Assembly: GCA_964592215.1 (NCBI GenBank)
Contig: CAZQCZ010000002.1
Location: 1 to 28,704, forward strand
Direction of reading: 5' to 3'
Length of the DNA: 28,704 nucleotides
Source of the DNA: an uncultured Candidatus Saccharibacteria bacterium
Lineage (GTDB): Bacteria; Patescibacteriota; WWE3; 9FT-COMBO-53-11
In this document: one piece after another, positions 22,661-28,704 of the stretch
Layout: each line of letters begins with the position of its first letter
Numbering within the stretch: position 1 is the first letter of the stretch
Program-made: the position numbers and the translations under genes
The notes under the pieces: generated by a model
The model's database searches: none
Told to the model about the DNA's origin: nothing
The model's input: the letters and a program-made list of their open reading frames with translations, nothing else

Positions 22661-23779
22661 GTGTCCCTAACCAAACTAGGATCCTTTCTGAAACGCCATT
22701 TGAAGCCTCTTGTAATTTTACTTATCCTTGCCACCTTGGTAGCTTCAGGTTATTGCTTCCGTAACCATATCAGTTCTTTCGTTGCCGGTCTTTTTCCCGG
22801 TGTTGAAATCAGGACAAACCGCGAAGTTCTTACTCAGGAGGAGGCAGTTATTTCTGTTGTTGATGAAGCGTCGCCGGCGGTGGTTTCAATCGTGGAAAAG
22901 AAGACAGTTTTTGATCCTTTCTCCGGTCCGGTTTCGCAGGAACAGGGGATTGGGACAGGTTTCATTATTGACGCCGACGGAGTGATTTTGACAAACCGCC
23001 ATGTTGTATCCGATACCGACGCTGAATACACGGTAGTAACATCCGACGGGCAGGAGTATACAGCGGAGAAGATTCACCGCGACTTTGCCTATGATTTGGC
23101 GATTATTAAGGTTTCTGCCTCCGGTTTGCCGGTGCTGACGTTGGGAGATTCTGATGCGATCAAGGTAGGTCAGACGGCGGTGGCGATCGGTAATGCCTTA
23201 GGAAAGTTCTCTAACACAGTGACTGCTGGCATCATCTCCGGTATCGGGCGGGGTATAGAAGCAAGTTCGGGGTATGGCAGTCAGTCGGTCTATATGGAGG
23301 ATGTCATTCAGACTGATGCTGCTCTTAATCCCGGGAACTCCGGCGGGCCATTATTAGATCTTTCCGCCAAAGTAATTGGGATTAATGTGGCGATTGCTGT
23401 TGAGGGGGAGAACATCGGCTTTTCAATTCCAATAAATATTGCTAAGCCGGTGGTCGATGACTTTCAGAAGTACGGCCGCATTATTAGACCGTTTCTTGGC
23501 GTTTCTTACTATATAATCACCGAGGACGTTGCCGAACTGCGCGATCTGCCCCAAGGCGCCTTTGTCCAGTCGGTGAGGGATGGTTCCGGGGCGGACAAGG
23601 CGGGGGTGAAGGCGGGAGATATTATCACCGCTATTGATGGCCAAGCGATCAGTGAGAACGTAACCTTGGCGAGGATCATCATTGCTCACGAAGTAGGAGA
23701 TGTGGTGGTCCTTAGTATCAATCGTAGCGGAAAAAAGCTAACTTTAAGTGCAACTCTTGGTGAGGCACCTTCTGATTGA
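22661..23779 (+). CDS. htrA: HtrA/DegP-family serine protease with one PDZ domain
   Basis: N-terminal TM, GTGFII, TNRHVV, DLAII, IQTDAALNPGNSGGPL and a PDZ domain. The GTG start with SD is preferred over TTG 22487. Confidence 0.93.
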   Translation: MSLTKLGSFLKRHLKPLVILLILATLVASGYCFRNHISSFVAGLFPGVEIRTNREVLTQEEAVISVVDEASPAVVSIVEKKTVFDPFSGPVSQEQGIGTGFIIDADGVILTNRHVVSDTDAEYTVVTSDGQEYTAEKIHRDFAYDLAIIKVSASGLPVLTLGDSDAIKVGQTAVAIGNALGKFSNTVTAGIISGIGRGIEASSGYGSQSVYMEDVIQTDAALNPGNSGGPLLDLSAKVIGINVAIAVEGENIGFSIPINIAKPVVDDFQKYGRIIRPFLGVSYYIITEDVAELRDLPQGAFVQSVRDGSGADKAGVKAGDIITAIDGQAISENVTLARIIIAHEVGDVVVLSINRSGKKLTLSATLGEAPSD

Positions 23780-23802
23780 AACAGAAGCTGCCGACGCTGG
23801 TG

Positions 23803-24954
23803 TTAGATCGGACCCTGTTGGAGAAAGTTTAGGACGGCGGCGGTGGCCCAGGCTTGGGGATGGCAGGCGCTGGGGACTTGGATGAGCTTTCCATTGGCGT
23901 AGCCGTAAAACTCCGGAATGTATCCTAATTCTTTGTAAGCGTTGGTGATAGCGTCTTGTACTTGCTGGTATTTTGCTTGGGCACCGACTTTTGCTAATCC
24001 TTGAGCGATAATCCAGTTATCGTGGGGCCAAATCGCGCCGAGATGGTAGCCGCGCGGGTCGAAGTCGGGGTCATTTGTGGAAAGGGTGCGGATGCCGAAC
24101 GGCGTCCAGAGATCCGGGGCGAACAGGCGGCGGATAAGCGGATCGAGATGACGCTTCTCGGCGATGCCGGTAAAGAGCAGGTGTCCGGGGTTGGAAGTAA
24201 TTGCCCGGCGCTGCTTCTTATTGCCGTCAAGGGCTAGGGCAAAGAATTGTTCTCTTTCTATCCAAAACCGGCGGTTGAAGTCCTTCTTAAGTTGATTAGC
24301 TTTGCGGTCATATAAATTGCTCCCCGCGCCAGCTATTCTTGCGAGTGTAATCATCTTCTTGAGCGCTAGGTAGGCGTATCCCTGTTCTTCGACAATCGCT
24401 ACCGGCGGCTCAATTTTGAGATGGTCTCGAGTGCCATCTTTCCACCCTTGGTGGAGAAGTCCTTTGCCCTTACGCGCGTATTCAACAAAACCGTCGTTAT
24501 CAATATCTCCCCAGTTGATGATCCATTTAGCGGCCGCCCGGAGATGGGGCCAAAGGCCCCTGATAAGTGCCTTGTCGCCGGTTTTTTCGAAATAGAAGGC
24601 GGCAATGATGATGAAGAGCGGTGTTGCATCAACACTGCCGTAGTAGGGGAAGGGAAGTGTTTTCGGGCGCTCCGGGTGGGGTTTATCATCGGTTTCGTGA
24701 AGTATTTTTCCGGGCTCTTCCTCGCGGATAGGATCGCTTTCATCTCCTTGGAGTTTGGCAAGGATTTGTAGAGTCTTTCGGCAGACGGAGGGGTCGATCT
24801 CGAGCAGCTGCCAAGCGGTAATAAGGGAGTCGCGGCCGAAGAGGCGATTGAACCTTGGGAGCCCTGCGTTTATAAATCCCCGTGGGTCACGGAGGGTATC
24901 CAATTCTCTCAGGAGCGATTCTTTAATTTGTTCTTTGCCCGCTCTTCGCGCCAT
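23803..24954 (-). CDS. Amylo-alpha-1,6-glucosidase / glycogen-debranching (six-hairpin glycosidase) catalytic domain
   Basis: AGLPRF..LFGRDSLI, EEPGKILHE, YYGSVDATPLF, QGWKD, YH.G.IWPHDN, PEFY and PQAWA. Confidence 0.88.
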   Translation of the reverse strand: MARRAGKEQIKESLLRELDTLRDPRGFINAGLPRFNRLFGRDSLITAWQLLEIDPSVCRKTLQILAKLQGDESDPIREEEPGKILHETDDKPHPERPKTLPFPYYGSVDATPLFIIIAAFYFEKTGDKALIRGLWPHLRAAAKWIINWGDIDNDGFVEYARKGKGLLHQGWKDGTRDHLKIEPPVAIVEEQGYAYLALKKMITLARIAGAGSNLYDRKANQLKKDFNRRFWIEREQFFALALDGNKKQRRAITSNPGHLLFTGIAEKRHLDPLIRRLFAPDLWTPFGIRTLSTNDPDFDPRGYHLGAIWPHDNWIIAQGLAKVGAQAKYQQVQDAITNAYKELGYIPEFYGYANGKLIQVPSACHPQAWATAAVLNFLQQGPI

Positions 24955-24967
24955 CGTTATGGCACTA

Positions 24968-24976
24968 ACAATATCA
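24968..24976 (-). promoter_or_regulatory. Extended -10 candidate for the glycosidase gene
   Basis: Minus strand TGaTATTGT lies 13 nt before the ATG. Confidence 0.35.
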
Positions 24977-25092
24977 GATCGTTTGGGGATGTTACCCCTG
25001 CTTTTATCTTATTCATTGTGAATGCCGGAGTCTCTTAGGCCGTGGTGGTTTGTTTCCCTCAACTCGGAAGGTTGGTAAATTGGTGGCGGAGG

Positions 25093-25824
25093 TCACTTAT
25101 TCTTCTGTGATTTGGCAATCTTTCTTAGCAGCAAGTCTAAATTCCCGTTCATTATGTCTTCAATTTTGCCTACTGAAACCCCGTAACGATGGTCTGTAAT
25201 TCTATCTTGGGGGAAGTTAAAGGTACGTATCTTTTCTACCCTTTCGGCGGTGCCGATCTGCTCGCGACGCAACTCGTCAACGCGGGATTTCCGCTGCCGC
25301 TGCATCATCTGAAAGAGTTTTGATCGGAGAACGGCGAGGGCCCTTTCTCTGTTCTGAAATTGGGAACGCTCGTCCTGACAGCTGACGATAGTGCCAGTGG
25401 GAAGGTGCGTGACGCGCACAGCCGTTGCCACTTTTTGGACATTTTGTCCCCCGTGGCCTGACGCATGGAAAGCTTCTACCCTCAAATCGTTAGGATTTAT
25501 CTCAACCGACGTTGGCGGAACCTCCGGCAGGACGGCGACGGTGGCGGTTGAGGTGTGGATTCTCCCACCCTTTTCGGTTTTGGGTACTCTTTGTACCCGA
25601 TGAACGCCAGATTCGTGCCTAAGCAGGTCGGGGGCATCTTCACCGGCGATCTCCGCCGTTACCGATTTTATATTTCCGACCCCTCCCTCATGTCGGCTAT
25701 ATTCGCGGACTTTCCAACCGCGGCTTTCGGCGAAGCGCCGGTACATCCGGTAGAGATCGGCGGCGAAAAGCCCCGCTTCGTCGCCGCCAGCTCCGGCACG
25801 AATTTCTAGGATAACGGATCCCAT
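25093..25824 (-). CDS. prfA: Peptide chain release factor 1 lacking N-terminal domain 1 (243 aa)
   Basis: [35 protein letters not shown] (PxT, RF1-specific), GGQ, CQDERSQ and [14 protein letters not shown]. Confidence 0.93.
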   Translation of the reverse strand: MGSVILEIRAGAGGDEAGLFAADLYRMYRRFAESRGWKVREYSRHEGGVGNIKSVTAEIAGEDAPDLLRHESGVHRVQRVPKTEKGGRIHTSTATVAVLPEVPPTSVEINPNDLRVEAFHASGHGGQNVQKVATAVRVTHLPTGTIVSCQDERSQFQNRERALAVLRSKLFQMMQRQRKSRVDELRREQIGTAERVEKIRTFNFPQDRITDHRYGVSVGKIEDIMNGNLDLLLRKIAKSQKNK

Positions 25825-26133
25825 TTAGCCTTGCTCCAACAGCGCTTTAAGAGTTCTCGGGCGTGTTTCTCTTTCTTTTTCTTTGAGCATCTTTGCTTCC
25901 TCTTTTTGGCGCTTTTCCTCTAATCGCGCTTTGGCCCATTTTCGCTTCCTATTGAACTTGTCAATCTGTCCTTTGGTGTCGATGAGCCTTTCCTCGCCCG
26001 TATATACAGGGTGGCATTTGTAGCAAACTTCGACTCGCAACTCGGGTTTAGTTGAGCCGGTAGCGAAGGTATTCCCGCAGGCGCAGGTTGCCCTTGCGTT
26101 TGCGTAGTATTTGGGGTGGATGTCTTTCTTCAT
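25825..26133 (-). CDS. rpmE: 50S ribosomal protein L31 (Zn type) with a charged C-terminal extension
   Basis: [23 protein letters not shown] and DTKGQIDKF, followed by a ~35-aa K/E/R-rich tail. AAAGGA SD. Confidence 0.95.
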   Translation of the reverse strand: MKKDIHPKYYANARATCACGNTFATGSTKPELRVEVCYKCHPVYTGEERLIDTKGQIDKFNRKRKWAKARLEEKRQKEEAKMLKEKERETRPRTLKALLEQG

Positions 26134-26156
26134 TTCTTATTCCTTTCGTTTGAGAC

Positions 26157-26165
26157 AGTTTATCA
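26157..26165 (-). promoter_or_regulatory. Extended -10 promoter of rpmE-prfA
   Basis: Minus strand TGaTAAACT lies upstream of the SD. Confidence 0.55.
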
Positions 26166-26199
26166 TCGATGCTTAGGGGATGCAACCCGTCTCCGCGGT

Positions 26200-27135
26200 T
26201 CACTCATGGCGAGGTTGGTATTCGCTGATGCCGACACCCGCGGCGATAATTATTGCGCCGATGAGGAAGGCGGCGGTAGGAACCTCTCCGAGCCAAAGGT
26301 AGGCAAAGGGGACAGAAAAAATTGGCTCGAGGTAGGCAAACACCGCCGCTTCCGAAGCCTCAATCTTTGACACTGCCCAGGCGTAGGCGAAGTAAGCGAC
26401 GATGGAGGAGAGGAGAGACATATACAAGATGCCGGTCCACGCGGATGGTGGGATGCGGATCAATGCGGAGGGAAGATTCGGATTTTCGATCAGGGCGAGG
26501 GGGAGGAAGGTGAAGAAGCCGAATATGAATGAGGTGGCGGTGACGAGGAGAGGCGAAAATCGCTTGAAAGCCTCTTTAGTGAGGAGGGTAAACGCTGTCC
26601 AGGAGATGTTTGAGGCGAGGACGAGGAGGTTACCGGCAAGATTTCCGCCGGCGAAAATCCCCCCCTCAAGAAGCGGTTGGAGGACAGTGGCCCCCACTCC
26701 TGTTAAAGCGATTGCCAGCCCGAGCTTTTCCAATCGCGTTACCTTTTCTCTGAGGCAGACGACTCCTTTGATGCAAACGACGCTGCCACCGAGAATGATG
26801 AAGAGAGGGGCGGTGGCGATGATGAGGGAGGCATCGAGGGCGGTGGTGCGAGCGATTCCGAGGAAGACTAAAGTGAGGGTCGTGGTTGTCCCAAGAAGAG
26901 TGAGGAGAATGAGCTGTCCCACCTCGCTAAAGCTTCGAGGAACTTGGTCGGGGTTTTTTTTAAGGTAGAGACAGAGAATAGGGGAAATAACAACCGCACT
27001 GACGAGAAATCTTAGCGCCAAGAGGGCGAACGGCTGGATGTCGCGAAGGGTAATTTTGATCACCGGCCCGGCAATGCCCCAAATGGCGACGGTGACAATC
27101 ATGGCGAGATAGGCAAGAAGGCGATTTTTTTCCAT
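26200..27135 (-). CDS. DMT/EamA-family transporter
   Basis: About 10 TMs in two EamA repeats, with IWG, ALRF, AP.F, REK, YL.P.F and WLGE motifs. Confidence 0.9.
   Translation of the reverse strand: MEKNRLLAYLAMIVTVAIWGIAGPVIKITLRDIQPFALLALRFLVSAVVISPILCLYLKKNPDQVPRSFSEVGQLILLTLLGTTTTLTLVFLGIARTTALDASLIIATAPLFIILGGSVVCIKGVVCLREKVTRLEKLGLAIALTGVGATVLQPLLEGGIFAGGNLAGNLLVLASNISWTAFTLLTKEAFKRFSPLLVTATSFIFGFFTFLPLALIENPNLPSALIRIPPSAWTGILYMSLLSSIVAYFAYAWAVSKIEASEAAVFAYLEPIFSVPFAYLWLGEVPTAAFLIGAIIIAAGVGISEYQPRHE
26922..26940. repeat. Palindromic mini-element in frame in the DMT gene
   Basis: CCTCG-CTAAAGC-TT-CGAGG, which encodes PRSFSEV on the minus strand in a loop between TMs. Confidence 0.55.
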
Positions 27136-27142
27136 GTATTTG

Positions 27143-27148
27143 ATTTTA
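27143..27148 (-). promoter_or_regulatory. -10 box 7 nt upstream of the DMT ATG (leaderless candidate)
   Basis: Minus strand TAAAAT-caaatac-ATG. Confidence 0.5.
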
Positions 27149-27267
27149 ACCTATTGTGCGTGCGGGTTTTATGTTTGTCTATTAGCTGACGGCCGCTTGC
27201 CTGGCAGACTATTTTCGGAATGAGCGCGAATTTTGAAGGCGAATGCCAGCCTCCCGCATCGGCAATG

Positions 27268-27301
27268 AAAAAAGGAGCTCCGGGGACTAGTCTCCGGAGC
27301 T
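27268..27301 (-). terminator. Intrinsic terminator overlapping the microprotein stop
   Basis: Minus strand AGCTCCGGAG-ACTAGT-CCCCGGAGCT-CC-TTTTTT. Confidence 0.75.
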
Positions 27302-27421
27302 TTCGTTGAGCAAATGCGTGCCGATGCCGATTGCTATGCCAAAAAGCAAGCAGATCGGCCAGCCGGCGCCGAAGACAAACCCATATGCGGCCCCGACGAC
27401 GAAGCCGATTATAAATGACAT
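27287..27421 (-). CDS. 44-aa Gly-rich membrane microprotein (below the ORF-track cutoff)
   Basis: Reads MSFIIGFVVGAAYGFVFGAGWPICLLFGIAIGIGTHLLNESSGD*. An AGGAGG SD lies 9 nt upstream and a terminator lies at the stop. An alternative ATG is at 27427. Confidence 0.7.
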   Translation of the reverse strand: MSFIIGFVVGAAYGFVFGAGWPICLLFGIAIGIGTHLLNESSGD

Positions 27422-27600
27422 CTCCATGTCCCTCCTGTCTTGTTTTCAGTGCCGCGTTGCGGCCTGGCCAAACAGGTGTCCTGCTTGAGAAAAATCCCAG
27501 GCGGGAACACCCGCTGGTGTTCGTCCTCTCCCACTTAGTACTAAAGCTAGTATGGTCCTCCCTTCTTTTGGGTTATTTTATCCCCCGAGGAAGGATAAGA

Positions 27601-28704
27601 TCAAGCAGACTTGATTACTGTGGGGAGAAGGGAAGAGGGAACGGTTTGCTGCCTCTTCCGTTTGAGGTCTTTGATCGTAACTGTGCCTCCTTTTGCTTCT
27701 TTGGGACCAACGATGATGGCATAATCAATGCCTTTCCTGTCGGCGTATTTGAGCTGTTTGTCGAGTTTGGCCGTCGGGTCAGGATAAATTTCGGCGTCGA
27801 TTCCCTTGCTTTGGATGGTTGTGAGCGTTCTGATTGATGCGTCGGTGAGGTCTTCAGTGCTGCCTTCAGCAGATTCTGTCTCTGACGGGAAGATGGTAAC
27901 CAGCACCTCGGGGCGGAAGGGAATATCGGTTAGATTTTTCTCCGGAGCGGCAGCGACAAGACGATCCAGCCCAAAAGCCATTCCGACGGCGGGGATATCC
28001 CGTCCGGAGTAAACTCCGATAAGCTTATCATACCTTCCTCCGCCAGCTACCGACTGGTTTCCGCCCTCAATGACAATTTCGAAAATCGGGCCGGTGTAAT
28101 AATCCAGACCGCGGGCGAGGGTGGGCTCGAAGGTAAATTGCTTCTCCGAGATTCCAAAGCTCTTCAGATGTTCGAAGATTTTCTCCAGTCGCGGGGTAGG
28201 GGATTGGGATTTGAGTTTGCGCAGGATGGCGGTATCAAGTTTGGCTTTCTTCAATTCTTCTTTAACACCGTCTTCACCGATTTTATCCAGCTTGTCAACG
28301 ATAGTGAGCGCCTTCTTTGGAAGGTCTTTGAGGAGGGCGCGGTCGTTGATTTTTATCAGGAAGTCCTTAACGCCAAGGAGCTCTAGAAAGGTAGCGCAGA
28401 CGGCGAGGATTTCCGCGTCGGCGAGAGGCGAATCAACGCCGACGGTGTCAAAGTCCACCTGGGTAAACTCGCGGTAGCGGCCGGATTGCGGTTTTTCGGC
28501 GCGGAAAATATTTCCGATCTGATAGCGCTTGAATGGGAAAGTGATCTCGTTGTAATGGGTGGCGATGAACCGGGCGAGCGAGGGGGTGTGTTCGGCCCGG
28601 AGGGCGACCCAACGGTCGCCTTGATCCTTGAATTTGAAGACCAGCTTTTGCATCTCCTCACCGACTTCTTTTTCAACCAGCTCGGCGTACTCGAGAGTCG
28701 GCGT
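27601..28704 (-). CDS. hisS: Histidine--tRNA ligase (5' end lies outside the window)
   Basis: The frame stays open to the window edge (TPTLEYAEL...). Motifs KRYQIG..FRAEKPQSGRYREFTQ.DFD, LARGLDYYTG, GGGRYD, G.AFG.DRL and KQLKYADRKG. Confidence 0.97.
   Translation of the reverse strand, partial: TPTLEYAELVEKEVGEEMQKLVFKFKDQGDRWVALRAEHTPSLARFIATHYNEITFPFKRYQIGNIFRAEKPQSGRYREFTQVDFDTVGVDSPLADAEILAVCATFLELLGVKDFLIKINDRALLKDLPKKALTIVDKLDKIGEDGVKEELKKAKLDTAILRKLKSQSPTPRLEKIFEHLKSFGISEKQFTFEPTLARGLDYYTGPIFEIVIEGGNQSVAGGGRYDKLIGVYSGRDIPAVGMAFGLDRLVAAAPEKNLTDIPFRPEVLVTIFPSETESAEGSTEDLTDASIRTLTTIQSKGIDAEIYPDPTAKLDKQLKYADRKGIDYAIIVGPKEAKGGTVTIKDLKRKRQQTVPSSLLPTVIKSA

Noticed and set aside
27150-27262. 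Fluoride-riboswitch-like GGAGGC-TGGCATTC-GCCTTC hairpin with a TGCCA pseudoknot partner upstream of the DMT gene
   Set aside because: It lacks the conserved GAUGG and CURAUGA elements in register, and the DMT gene has a -10 box directly before its ATG.
28651-28653. ATG 28653 as the hisS start
   Set aside because: The frame stays open to the window edge and encodes conserved HisRS motif-1 sequence (TPTLEY), so the gene is simply truncated by the window.
1-28704. Alternative genetic code 25 (UGA=Gly) as in some CPR lineages
   Set aside because: TGA ends thyA, tsf, frr, ssb, htrA and prfA at their expected C-termini, and no conserved gene has an internal TGA.

Overview
A 28.7 kb housekeeping segment, most likely from a Patescibacteria/CPR bacterium. 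This is inferred from the short EF-Ts, short ProRS, minimal YbeY, a streamlined rpsB-tsf-frr-rseP-proS cluster and bL31 with a tail; the genetic code is standard code 11. Core genes: partial dCMP deaminase, thyA, tdk, rpsB, tsf, frr, rseP, proS, two HIT genes, rpsU, yqeY, ybeY, pth, dnaX, recR, cysS, rpsF, ssb, rpsR, ctpA, rlmN, two tRNAs, htrA, prfA, rpmE and partial hisS. Single orphan enzyme genes are interspersed: a divergent SelO/YdiU-like pseudokinase, a SAM methyltransferase, a P-loop kinase, a TIKI/ChaN/EreA-like protein, an unknown-domain plus HD fusion, and a GDE-type glycosidase. No integrase, transposase or CRISPR array is visible. The most notable signals are: (1) RF1 lacking all of domain 1 and abutting, in frame, a tailed bL31 across a single TAA; (2) the SelO-like protein with a D-to-H change at the catalytic base; (3) a tRNA-Arg(CCU) whose 5' half is damaged mainly by C-A mismatches; (4) palindromic mini-elements inserted in frame in recR and a DMT gene; (5) 7-nt-periodic tracts at gene ends and a shared intergenic element; (6) many extended -10 promoters with leaderless or very short leaders; (7) an unannotated 44-aa membrane microprotein with its own SD and terminator. 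All calls come from reading motifs by eye; no searches were run.
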